This document shows, one piece after another, positions 1-12,315 of a stretch of 64,000 nucleotides of DNA. The translations under genes were made by a program, and so were the position numbers. The first letter of the stretch is position 1; every line of letters begins with the position of its first letter. This stretch comes from Gnetum montanum (lineage: Eukaryota > Plantae > Gnetophyta): the NCBI GenBank assembly GCA_015680685.1, contig MNCI01002242.1, forward strand, positions 377,205 through 441,204. Reading direction: 5' to 3'. The notes beneath the pieces are model-generated. The model saw nothing but the letters and a program-made list of their open reading frames with translations. It ran no database searches and had not been told where the DNA came from.

Positions 1-2170
1 ACATTTAGTTCTAAGCATATTTCAACAACAGATAGGAAATGAAGTAGAAGTCTTTATGGATGACTTCTCCACTTATGGGACAAGCTTTGATCAAGCCCTA
101 GACCGATTGGAGAAAGTACTGAAATGATGCGTTGAAACCAACCTAAAGCTCAACTAGTAGAAAATCCATTTGATGGTTCAAGAGGGCGTAGTACTAGGGC
201 ATAAGATTTCACAGTAAGGAATAGAGGTGGACCCGAAAAAGGTTAAATTCATCCAAGGAATCACCCAACAACCAGAAAATGTTAAAGACATTCGATCATT
301 CCTTGGACACACTGGCTACTACAGAAGATTCATCAAGAACTTCTCCAAAATTGCCAAACCATTGGTGGAATTAACGAAGAAGGATGCACCATTCGAATGG
401 ACCAGGGAATGTGAATCAGCATTCCAAACTCTAAAATAGAGGGTTGTGGAAACTCCCATTCTACAAGCCCCTGACTAGTCTAGACCATTCCATATCATGA
501 CCGGCGCATCTAATTATGCCTTAGGAGCTGTACTGACACAATTATATGAACAAAAACGCCCTTATTACATCCACTATGCAAGTAAGAGTATCACTAGTGC
601 ACAACTCAACTACACAACTACGGAAAAGGAATTAATGGCTATAGTGTTTGCACTGGATAAATTTAGGCACTATGTGTTAGGCTACAAAGTGTATATTCAT
701 ATCGATCATAGTGCAATTAGGTTCCTCATGAACATGCCAACAGTTAGCCCTCGTATTATACTTTGTTTGGTAATCCTTGAAGAGTTCAACTTAACAATAG
801 TAGACCGAAAGGGCACTGAGAATGTAGTCGCAAATCACTTATCTCGATTGCACTGGGACAGCAAAGAGGACGAATATGCATTATCTGATCACTTTCCTAA
901 CAAAACCCTCTTTGTGGGTGTAGTGAATAACCAACCCATGGGAACAAATTGGTATAGTAGCATTCTAACTTATCTCCTTTCCCAACAAACACCATAGGGG
1001 TTGGACTTTAAGAAGAAGTAACAGTTTCTTCATAAAACCAAGTACTTCATGGAAATCAAGGGACAACTCTATAAAGTCTATCCTGATAGCTTGGTTCGAT
1101 GGTGTGTGCCTGATGAGGATCAATTAAGAGTTCTCCAAGATGCTCATGAGGGTCCCTGTGGGGGCCACTATGTAGGGAGATGAATGGCCATTAAGATCTT
1201 GCTTGCAGGATATTACTGGCCAACACTATTTTGGGATGCCCATCAATTTGTCCAATCCTGTGAGTGCTATCAACGTGATGGTGGAATGACTACTAGAATG
1301 GAGGGTCCGCAACAATGGATTCAACCTTTGGAACCCTTTGACATTTGGGGAATAGATTTTATGGGGCCCATTACATCGATGTCCAATGGCAAAGCTTATA
1401 TCATTGTTACTATTGACTATTTAACCAAATGGGCTGAAGTAGCTGTTGTAACAAACTGCACATCATCTATGGCTGCACAATTTGTACAACAACAAATTGT
1501 AAACAGGTTTGGTGTGCCGTGTGCACTCATCTCTGATAATGGAACACATTTTACGGGTGCAACCTTTTGCAAGTTGATGCAACGCTTAGAGGTTGAACAT
1601 AAATTGACCACACCTTATCACCCCCAAGCTAATGGCTAGGCCGAGGTCACTAATCGAGAGATTACAAGAATATTACCAAGAACAATTAGCAAATTTAGGC
1701 GAGATTGGAGCACGAAACTAAACGACACACACTGGGCGTACCGCTCCACTTGGAAACTCCCCACAGGCTGCTCTCCCTATGAGCTAGTATACAGAAAACT
1801 TCCAAAGCTCCCAATACAAACTAAGCTCCGTACACTATCCATGGCATGTGACCTCCACCTTGACCTTGACCTAGCACAAAAACAAAGATTGGCAGCTCTA
1901 AACATGCTATATGAGAATAGATTGGTTGCTCTATCGTCAAATGAGTTGCATAAGGCACATAATAAACAACGCCATGACTTAAGAATTCGAAGGGTTAAGT
2001 ACCATCCAGGAGACAAGGTCCGTTATTGGAACCCCACGCATGTACCACAATGTACAAAATTTCAAACATTGTGGGAAGGATCCTACATTATTCATACGAC
2101 CTTTCTCTTGGAAGCCATGACAATATACAAGCCTAAAAGCCCTGAAAATAGATTACTGGTCAATGTGTAA
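1..2170 (+). pseudogene. pol: gypsy pol remnant (RT C-terminus, RNase H, integrase) with stops
   Basis: [18 protein letters not shown] (RT/connection); ASNYALGAVL and NYTTTEKEL (RNase H); GYYWPT, WGIDFMGP, ISDNGTHF, PYHPQANG (integrase). Confidence 0.95.
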
Positions 2171-4164
2171 CAAACCAAACCCTTCCATGAACCAAGAATA
2201 GCCAATGCAAATTACACCTCTGATAACAGACAACCATGCTACTTATTTCGAATCTCTCCCTTTCAATTCAGTCATGGGGGAGATAGCCACCTATGCTAAT
2301 CAATTGAGGCCCTCGGTTTCTTTTTAAGTTTTTGTTTTGCACTTTTTTGTTTTACAAATTTCTTTAACTTTTCTTGTTTTTTTTTTACAACATTGTTCAT
2401 ACTCTTTCTTTTATTTGTGTGTATGTGTGTGTCTTATCTATTTTGTAAAGTTTGTCACCTAATAAGTGCTCAAATGATGGTATGAACTATTTTCTACCAG
2501 TTGCTAATGTTTGGCTTTTCCCTTTAAGATTATGATGTTGATACTAACGTATGGTTCTTTTGATATGACAGGCAATGAGTCCATTTCATCCATACATCCA
2601 CAAATTTCTATGGTCTCTCTTGGCTTGGAACTATACAGGCCCTTTCTCAATAATAAGAACTATAACAAATCGGTGACTGGGCATTTCTCAAACTAAGGAA
2701 GGACTCAAGGATTGAAAAGGGTGTAGCTTCAAAGGAACTTGATGCATTTGTGTTGCCCATTCTCTTGGGTGCTTGGATGTTTTCTTCTTGAGTTTTCCTT
2801 TCCATTCGGACATTGCTCCATTATCAGGAGGTTGATTTAATAAAAATAATAAGTCTTTTCATGGTGTGGTTCTCACACAAAAACACAAAAAAAAAGTGAG
2901 AATTCAATGCACACCCCTTAGACAAAATAATCCCTTAGGCTACAAGCACTAGTTATGGAACTCAAAATAAAAATGTTCCCTCTAACTAAGGCCCTTCCTC
3001 GCTTCCTATCTCATCTTTCACTTCGTCGGAATATTGGTGACTCTTTGGTGGATACATTCTTGTTACTTCAAGAGGATGGGTCGGTCGAATGTATTAATGC
3101 GAAGTCACTGGATGTGGTTTGTTGAGGCCGAATTTGGAATGGGATCTGCTAAGTCACATTAACCATGAAATACACAAGGGTTTGTACGTCACCTTGTTCT
3201 TGAGATTCCATTCCATTCTCTTCTGTCCATCCTTCTCTCCATTGTTCACCTCATTGCCGGTTGTATCAATAGTCCATATTTTGGATGATGCATCATTTTC
3301 TTGTTGGTAAATTCTTGTGGTTAAGACTTTAACTCTTGTTCAAATGACATTCCTAGAGCCTACAGACTCTTTAAATGTGGTTTTGTCAAGGCATTAAGGG
3401 CATGAGCCTACTTTGGGGAGGACCCACTGGCATTCCTCTTTGGTACACCCGTTAATTTCTTTCCCTTAAACATTTTTGCAATCAACTCTATTTTGTTCAT
3501 TTCCATCTTGACATCCATTTCATTGACGTTATAGTTGTCTCTTTTTCTTCATCTTTCTTATTCCTTTTCTTTCTCCATTCTATCGCTACCGGAGGTTCGC
3601 TCTTAGTCATGGGGGTCCTGACCCAAATTTTTTTGATTTTCTCCTAGCCCCTGCACCTTTGGTAGTCACCATTATTATATCTCTAGAATCCGCATCAGCC
3701 ATACCACAACCCAGCCTATGGACCTTTTACCAAAGTAAGGTATCAACCGTATTGTGATTCATTTACCCTTGCTAATATAAAGACTGTGTTGTGTGTGTAG
3801 ATGGCAATCATACAACAATGGATTGGATCTAGAGGGAACACATGGAATGGATCGGTGCTGAAGCAGCTATGCAAGGAACGAGATGGATGGCGCCCTTACA
3901 AATAGACAACAAAAGGTGCAATCTTGGCATTGGCAGTAGTAGACTTCTTCTCTCTTCTCTCTCAACTACCAAATAAGGCCTGATGTCAAATGTATAAAGT
4001 GTTCACTCTTGTTGTCGTGAACACCAGTTTTGTCATGTTCTGTAATGATGATCCATTCACATGTCATCCCATTCACCATTAGTTCCATTCAAGTCAATAA
4101 TCCCATACCTTCCCAATATTTTGTAAGGAACTCAAGGACGAGTTTTTGTTCAATCATGGGGGTA

Positions 4165-4772
4165 TGATGGGACGCGATATCGCATGGGCCGCAATATCGT
4201 GTTGGTCACAATATTGCATCCCCTGCGATATCGCATACACGATATCGTAGCGCACCGCCAAATCTATAAATAAGAGGCAACTCTCCCTTGTTTCTCCATC
4301 TAGATCTAGACTGTAGCCAAACTCTTGCAGTTTTTNAAATTACTCTAACTCTAGAATCGAAAAACTGCAAGAGTTTGGCTACAGTCTAGATCTAGATGGA
4401 GAAACAAGGGAGAGTTGCCTCTTATTTATAGATTTGGCGGTGCGCTACGATATCGTGTATGCGATATCGCNNNNNNNNNNNNNNNNNATGCTAGGCATTA
4501 GAACTTACTTAGTTAAAGTTAGTTACTTAGTCTCTTCACCCTTTCTCTCATTAGCATAGGTGATAAAACACAAAAGACATAAAAATCACATACCTTAGAC
4601 TTACTTAACCATACAACTGTGACAAATACAAGTAAGTCTGGGAAGACAACGAACAATTAACCTTAAGTGTTCCATAAGGTGTGTAGGCACTTAGTCTGCG
4701 GAGTTCGACTGGATCGCGCGTGTAACACTCGTATTCGTATGGTTGAGTGTAGGGGTACCTCGCCACTCATCA
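4165..4772 (+). repeat. 3' LTR of element A (contains an assembly gap)
   Basis: Starts TGATGGG right after the PPT and ends GGGGTACCTCGCCACTCATCA. Has a CGATATCG palindrome cluster and CTATAAATA near its 5' end. Confidence 0.88.
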
Positions 4773-5819
4773 AATAGTAAGGGACTTAAGTACTTAAAAG
4801 AATCTCTCTTACTATATAAACAATGCAGCACTAGCATAGAGATATATTCAAATAAATTCCAGAAGCTTGCACAATTGATAATTACTTTTAGGTAAAATAT
4901 TTTTAAGGAATGAATCGAAAATAACTTGCTCTTTTACCCTCAAGTTTTTACCAGATGAATATACCTTTTGTTACATGCTAGAAATTGGATGCTAAGTACC
5001 ATGTCATGGAGAAAGTCTCCATAGACTCCCCCTACATTGATGCTCGAAAATAATTCTTGAGGTACATACTCCCCCTACATACATGCTTATCTTTTCTTTA
5101 ACTCTTTTAAGATCTACAACTAATTGATCACAATCTTACTTATTCAAGAATATGGAATGAACCAACAATGTTTATAAAAGGCAAAAAACATTAGATAAAA
5201 TAATTAGGCACAAATCATAACAATTTTATTTTGCTTAATCATCCAATCATGCCTCATTTTATCATTTTTTTTTTTTTGCAATGCTAGGGCCAATTTCTCA
5301 TGTTAGCAGTATCTTATGACAAAGATAGAACAGTTTTTTAATGTAGATGCAATGCCTTTCTTTTGTTTTTCATAGTTTCTTCAATCATGAAGCTTTTTAA
5401 GGACATGTAACTAGCTAAATAATTCAAAAAATAACATGAGAGATAATCAGACTACCTTGATCTTTCTTTGAAACCCTTTTCTTTAGTATCATGCACTAGA
5501 TGATTAAGATATATTTGATGATCAAAGAATTCATAAAGCATATTTATATAAAAATTATTTTTAAAAAATTCAAAAACCAGCCTATATTAAATCTAGCATG
5601 CAAAGAAATAGAGATTTACCATGACTTACCTTACTTGCTTACTAATATGAGAATGACTAATGGAGTTTGAGATGAGGCCCTCTATCATGGTACCTCCTTA
5701 CCATTTGATTTTCTCTCATTAGCTCCTTTGTTGGTGTCCCCAACCTTGTATGGGAATCCTTCTTGTTCATGTTACAATGAAGCTCTTCAAATGGCTAGTT
5801 TAGATGTTTACTTTGAAGT

Positions 5820-5940
5820 TCAGATGTCTATATGAGATTGCCCTTAATGCATGAGAGATGTCTACCTGGAATGTGGGACGTCTATAGTGAGACATCTACT
5901 ATTGAGGATAGACGTCTACTCTTTTTCCAAGACATCTACT
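5820..5940. repeat. cluster of AGACGTCT/AGATGTCT/AGACATCT palindrome variants, probable LTR-element remnant
   Basis: About six copies. The same motif clusters at 36950-37110 and inside the LTR at 39570-39790. Confidence 0.5.
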
Positions 5941-8352
5941 CAACTTTTGAACTTTGAATTGCGAGGCTTTCTCTTGCCAATTTATCTTATTGGCAATCCT
6001 TGGAACATCTTCATTTGACTTGTAAACTTCGTTTTCATCCATGCTCTCATCTTATGCATGTAGTCTTCATTTTGACATTTTGACGTAGATCTCATTTCCT
6101 TAAGTTCTCATATATCTCTGTGAAGTTCTTGTTCGTGTCCTATAAAATCATCATCTACCACATACATTCTACATTCTCCATTTTCCTAAAGGTTTGGATA
6201 TACTAGAAAGTTAATAGATATCACCTAATTTTTAGGTTTCTAGCTGATCATTATGACCTTACATTGAGTTTAGAAAGTTGAAAAATATTATAAATGACTA
6301 TTCATATGTTTGAAATGGACATCATATGCCCAAATTATGCTTAAATGAGTCTTTGAGGATCTTGAGGTATCATGTTGGGTAAGGAGTAAAAACTACTTTT
6401 TGGAGCTTTGTGGGGTAATCTAAATTTACCATTGCATCCAAGAGGTTGAAGTTTGTTAGAAATAACTCTTAATTCACCAAAGAAGGCTTCCGAAATCAAA
6501 AGTTACAGAGTTTGAAGTCCGTGACTTTGGGCACACGGAAAATGAGACTTCCTAAGACATCATCTATCCTAGTACTACTCTAGAACAAGTGTGCTTACTT
6601 ACAAAATTTTCATCTTCCTTATTGCCAAAATGTTAATTTGAATTGGTTGTTAAATTTTACCACTTTTTAATATTTAAACTTTACCTACCTAAACGTCAAT
6701 TTTAAAATTTTTTGTCATTTGATGATGTTGGAAATTTCCTTCAATTGACAAAAGCTTTCCCATTAAGTAATGGCAAATTTTCAATGACCGAAACCATCGA
6801 AGGTGGCAAGTTTTCTTGGCACTATCAGTATCCATGGGCTATTGGGAGAGACAAGTTTTTTCAATGCCAACAATATCCACTAGCTTCTAGGAGAGGCAAG
6901 TTTTTTTTTGTGTCAACAGTGTTCGAGCATTGTTGAGGGAGGTAGGTGTTGATATCAACACTCCCATGCCAACATGGGACCATGTTAGAATAAGTTTTAA
7001 TCCCATAAAAATTTTTAAAATCTTATAAGTTTTAATCCATGCAAATTATTTGTGATGGTAACATAGGTAAAGGAAGGTACTCTCAAGAGGTAGGTAGGTA
7101 CATGGAATACAAAATAGTGAATTCGAAATCCAATTCTAAAAGATGCATTAGGTTGCATGATTAACATCTTTTTAAGGAGATTCCATGTAGTGTTGACAAT
7201 TACCTCACGGTGAATTAAGCACAAGCTAATTAACAAGTTTTTTTTAATTCTTAACATTAATGCACAAAATATCAACTGTTGTTAACGTCTCCGTGCCAGC
7301 CATTCTACTACGGATTATTGGGCATACAAATTTAGAATCTTCCAGAAATACAAAGCTGACTTCCCATGCATGATAGTCCTTCGTGTGACACCTTCTATTC
7401 ACTTCCTATTAACAGCTCTGCAAACAATAAAAGTAACGCTGGAAACAGTTTAGTTATCAGTATTTAATCTTATGCCTCACGCCTGGTCCTGGTAACAGGA
7501 AACTTACTAAGAATCCTCATCCTGTCTCTCTATCCGGCCAGCGATTCTTGCTGCTGTTGCCTTGCAGGACGTTATTCCCAATAGCAGTAAGAAAAATCAT
7601 GCGTTGACCGTTTTGCAAACTTTCCTGTTTCAACCAATTGTTGCCATCATGCGTTGCTTCCAACTCTTTCGTCGTAGTTCACGTTGCCTGCGTGCAAATG
7701 CAACCCCGCTTCTCACTTGCCTATCTAAGACACGTCAGTGGCGGGATTTCCAACTCTATCATCGTTCTTGCCTAGTGCAGAGTAGACTGGATTTGCTCTA
7801 TGAGCCAACTGGGTACTATCAACATACTGCAGTCGGTCGGAATGAAGACAATGTGTTGGCCATGATGCCCTCCACCACGCTGAACTGGCCTGTAGTGGTG
7901 CAGAGACGATGATGTCGTTGAGGTGGCCACTGAGTGAACACTGTGCATAGCACGTAATTGAGGCGACATCGTGCATGGCATGAATGGCAAAGTGATGGCA
8001 ATAAGGTCTTGCACATCCGCTGATAGGGCTTTAGCTTTGGGGTTCAACCCTAACCAATCTATGTGGCGGCCGGTGAGGGTAAGACGGCGCTGGCAGATGA
8101 CATCGAAACGGTAGCAAAGCAAACTAACGCGGCAGAATCCACAGACAGTCATCTCAAAATGCAGATAGGTACGACTAGGCTGAGCACTAGCAAGTTGTCC
8201 CAGGAAATAAGACTTTTAGCGGGCGATGACAACGACGTCACCAAGAATGGCACCGCCGTCCACCATGGTCCTACGCAATCCCGACATTCGTAAGCGTAGC
8301 TGTGGCCGTTCGAGATCTTGTCACTGACGGAGCCCATGGCCACGTGAGTGTC

Positions 8353-8483
8353 CTCACCCTATTCAGGATGCTCAACCTAAGCTCCTGCAGTGCCGTGCCT
8401 TGTCCAGCCTGCCGGAGGGGCTGGGCGATCTCCCCATGCTCATAGAGCTAGAGCTATGTGGCTGCAGGCCCTCCGTAACCTAA
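8353..8483 (+). pseudogene. leucine-rich-repeat gene fragment (NLR-type LRR, about 2 repeats), frameshifted
   Basis: Removing the duplicated GTGCC (8390-8399) gives LTLFRMLNLSSCSALSSLPEGLGDLPMLIELELCGC, which fits the LxxLxLsgCxxLxxLPxxlgxL consensus. Confidence 0.7.
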
Positions 8484-9783
8484 ATCCCTGCGTATCATAG
8501 ATCCCCTGGCGCTGCTCGCCCGATGGATTTCTCTGCAGCTAAAACCCCGCCCCAATTTTGCATGTTTCGGATCCTAGTTTCAGCTGGTGGCGCATTGCTG
8601 GCGTTTACCGTGTTTCTATCACTGCACAAGAAGAAACCAGCGTTCAGGTAGTTGTTCACGATAGCAGTGAGCAGTTTTGCTGGTGTTCGTAATGGTGCTG
8701 TCAAGCAATCTGCTGCGTTGCCTTCATAGCTGCCGCAGAGGCAGGACGATTTGTTCAAGCAGCGTAGCTACTGGAATGAGGCTGGGACGGGTGAGCAATC
8801 GGTGGCGCTGCTCCAGTTCCCTGCCGTGTGCTGTATGGTGGGCTGGCCGAGCGTCACGAGGTGGACCCGTGCAGCCGTGTGCTAGCCTATGTACCCATTT
8901 CCAGAACCCGCGTTATCCCTGGGTGGTGGGCGTGTAAGGGGTGTCGCATGGACTTTTATTTTATCCCTTTTGTTTTATCTTCACTCCTTGCTGACGCCAC
9001 TCAGACTCACGCCAGTCAACAATTATCCCAATATTTTGTTTTATTTCGTTGTATTTTCGGGTTCATAGTCTTAGTTTTATAGGTAAAGTACCCAATTAAC
9101 CGCCTGCATTTCATTTCTCTTTTGTCCTCTTTTGGGTGGCTCATGCTGATGAAACGTTTAAGTTTCTCTGTTTTGCCTTTCCCGACGGTTTGGGTTTCAC
9201 TTCAGTTGGTTTGATGTGCAGGTTTCCAGCGGGAGGTGGAGTGGTGGAAGTGGGGGATCAGATCTGATATAACTTTTCCCACAATCAGAAAGAAGGGGGA
9301 TTTTTTCTTTTCTTTTCTCTTGGTAGACAAGAAGGGATTACCTGACGGAACCAGCCTTGGAGATGTTTCCAGAAGGCTTCGGGGAGGAGCTGTGAATGGG
9401 TCTGGCAGCCAGAAGGTGCAGGCTTGCTGAAGAAGGTGTGCTCCCTAGAAGCATGGGCAGATAAGCTTGTACTATCTGTTTAGCCAATCAGTTTCAGTGC
9501 TCTATATTAACCAACTCTTTTGCTTAAAACCCTTTTGTTTGTTATTCCTGCAACTGAGAGCACTAATCTCAATTGCATGTTTGGGCCTCTGTTTTGTGTC
9601 TGGAGTTTGTCAATTATTTTAGAACTTTCATTTTTGAGCTTGTTTAATGAACAACCATTTTATATAAATTTCCTTGTAAAGTTACCAATTCAAACAGCTA
9701 TTTCGTTTAGATCTCCTCATCAAAAGTTATTTAAATTATCGTTATCATTGAATATTATCTGTTTAAACGCCACGCCACGTTGT

Positions 9784-9842
9784 CCTTTCCAGGTGAGACT
9801 ATTCCCACACCACTTTGCCCTTTCCAGGTGAGACTATTCCCA
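9784..9842 (+). repeat. 24-bp direct duplication
   Basis: CCTTTCCAGGTGAGACTATTCCCA at 9784-9807 and 9819-9842. Confidence 0.9.
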
Positions 9843-11534
9843 GGTTTCTAAGCAATAGTCTCTTAAAACAAATTTTCGCAGGTGTTGCTGTGCCACCCAT
9901 ATTTTTTTTTATACATGAACAGAAGGTTTTCTTGGCACCAATGGCTATCATGTGAGGCAGGTTTTCTCAACACCACTGGCGTCCGCGGTCACCACGGATT
10001 GCTCAAAATCCCAGTGATTTTTCTGACGCAGGTGGAGGCAAGGGCAATGGTGATGGAAACACACGGTAGCGGGGAAAACGGTGGAAAATGCTGAGGACGA
10101 TGGGTGGCGACAAGGCCCAGCAGGCGGCAGAAGGATTTCTATGGTGTCGGTAGTATGCGACGAGGGTTTGCACAAACGTGGCCACGCATGAGACACGCAG
10201 TGGTTGTGCCACAGCAAGCTGCGTAGACAATGGCTGGCCGTGACGCTGTGGGGCTAGTCGGCTCGTGTTTGGCCAACCGTAACAGTTAACACCCACAGGA
10301 ACAGCAGCAGTGGCTACTCGGAACAGCCGTGAGAACAAGGGCAGAGGCAGAGGCTGCAGTGGAGGCAAATCAAGCAGCAGCAGTGTCAAGCTATTACGAG
10401 GCCTCCACAAGTTGCGCAGGACATCACGGTGGAGCAAACTGGAGCGCGGGCAGTGGCAAAGAGGCAATAGGCAGTGCAGTGCGGTAAGGAAACTCATGCA
10501 GCACAAATAACCGACACCATTGCCGACAGTAGCAGCGGCTGGGTGCTAACCTTAAGCCCAATTTTCTTTTATAATTTTTATATATTTTTTTAAATTACTT
10601 TTTAAAAACTTATTTTTATTTTCAAGGTCTTAAATATTATTATGTTATTTATTCTTTAAATAACCAGCTATGAGGCCTTGTGGTTACTTGAATGAAGCTA
10701 AAGACCTAGGTTTAATAATTCGGAAATCATAGATTCAACCCTACGCCTCAAATTTAATACATTAAAAGTTAATTTATTCTCCCTACCCTAGCGGTTGACC
10801 TAGTTTGGCGAATGACGAGCTATGAGTTTAGTTGGCTGAGGAAAGGTTTCAGGTTTGTTTCTAGACCCTCAAATTTCTGAATTTTTTGTTTTTTAAAATA
10901 ATAATTTTTAAAATTTTTATAAAAAATATTTTAATAATACTTAATTTATTAATATAGTAATTATTTTTATATACTGCATGCATAATGAAAAACTTTAAAC
11001 ATCTCAACAAATACTATGCATCAAGCATGGTTTGAGAGTTCAAAAACTAATTTGGATTTTTAGGATTTAACAAGATCAAAATAGCTTATTCTATCACAAA
11101 TGACATTACTACATTGATGTATGGGCAACATGAGGACTTCTAAATAACTTGGATGATTATAAATGATATACCAACCCTTAAACATTATGATATAATTCTT
11201 TTACGCTATGATTTCACAACTGTAATGTAGGCTTACTTTCTCAAATCATTGTTATACCCTAACAAGGTACTAAGGAGAAGGTGAAGACAACCTCATCCAC
11301 TAAGCATTAATTTCCCTATGAATCTCATGGTAATAACCCTTATTGGATAGGTAGGGATGAAACAATCTTATGGCTAGGTTGAATCCCTTAAACTTACCAA
11401 TACATCTTCTTTAAACTTACTAATACATAGGTCCTTAGTAAGATTAGTGTTGCCAAGTTATAAGGATAAGGTATTTAGAAATAGTAAGTTCTAAACAAGA
11501 CAAGATCGACTTAGGTCATGGTTGTTAGCCTTAA

Positions 11535-12315
11535 TGATGAGTGGCAAGGTACCCCTACACTCAACCATATGAAACGAGCGTAGCATGCACGATCCGGTCG
11601 AACTCCGCAGACTAAGTGCCTACACGCCTTATGGAACACTTAAGGTTAATTATTCATTGTCTTCCCAGACTTACTTCCCATATGGTTAAGTAAGTCCAAG
11701 GTATATGATTTTTATGTCTTTTCTGTTTTATCTCCTATGCTGATAAGGTGAAGGGTGAAGAGATTAATTAACTAACTTTAACTAACTAACTAGATCTTAA
11801 TTAACCTAGCATTAGCATCTGTTCTCACTTATTGTTCACACCCTGAACCAATGCAACCTTGGTTACCAAACGCTAGTCATTGCTGGGATCACCAAGCATA
11901 ACGCACATGCTCGAAGCAGTTGTATTGAGGCACTTAACTAGGAGAGAAGGGTTGAGAGAGATTTAATGACTAATAAAGCGATTAAATGATAAATAGCAAA
12001 TAACAATAAATAAAATCCTATTTAGCCTATTCCATGCACTGCAAGGTTTATCCAAGAAGTTCGTCTTTATTGCCATACACAAACTTGTGTTCAGGTACAA
12101 TATTTGCTCGAATAAAGATCCGTTCACTTTGGAGCTCCTATTGTGGGCACATGGAAAATATTCTATCTCTGGAGGGATCAAACTGCCAGTTTCACTACGG
12201 TCTAGGCCTAGAATGAGAAACAAGGGAGAGCCGCCTCTTATATATAGATATGACGGCGCACTGCAATATCGCGTACGCGATATCGCAAGGGAAGACGTGA
12301 TATCGCGTCCCATCA
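11535..12315 (-). repeat. 3' LTR of element B
   Basis: TGATG...CATCA termini; PPT (TCAGTCATGGGGGTA on minus) at 12316-12330; highly similar to 17722-18560. Confidence 0.93.

Larger units (their letters stand above)
1..4772 (+). mobile_element. Athila-like Ty3/gypsy LTR retrotransposon A (5' part outside window), degenerate
   Basis: RT-RNaseH-integrase order with VFMDDF at 50-67. About 2 kb of 3' non-coding sequence follows, then PPT ATCATGGGGGTA (4153-4164) and a TGATG...CATCA LTR homologous to the LTRs at 11535, 17722 and 20252. Confidence 0.93.
7270..10555. other. GC/CpG-rich island without a long ORF; splice-site-like signals and gene fragments
   Basis: Abrupt composition change against AT-rich flanks, with CpGs retained. 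Candidate 90-bp GTAAGT...TTTGCAG intron on the minus strand at 7418-7507; LRR fragment at 8353. Confidence 0.45.

Noticed and set aside
4226-4470. Perfect inverted repeat of about 110 bp inside the LTR of element A
   Set aside because: It is bounded by an n and an N gap, the copies are identical, and it is absent from homologous LTRs, so it is most likely an assembly artifact.
9948-10510. Overlapping 66-167 aa ORFs in the GC-rich stretch
   Set aside because: No recognisable domain; ORFs of this length are expected by chance at this GC content.
10668-10880. Two loosely tRNA/SINE-like units ending CCTCAAATTT
   Set aside because: A and B boxes are too degenerate and no cloverleaf can be built.
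11585-11620. 5S rRNA-like stretch in the LTRs (GATCC..TC.GAACTCCGCAG..TAAG), reminiscent of Cassandra elements
   Set aside because: Only about 35 bp, antisense to the element, with no C box and a weaker match in other copies. It coincides with the conserved TTCGAC-type motif near Athila LTR ends.
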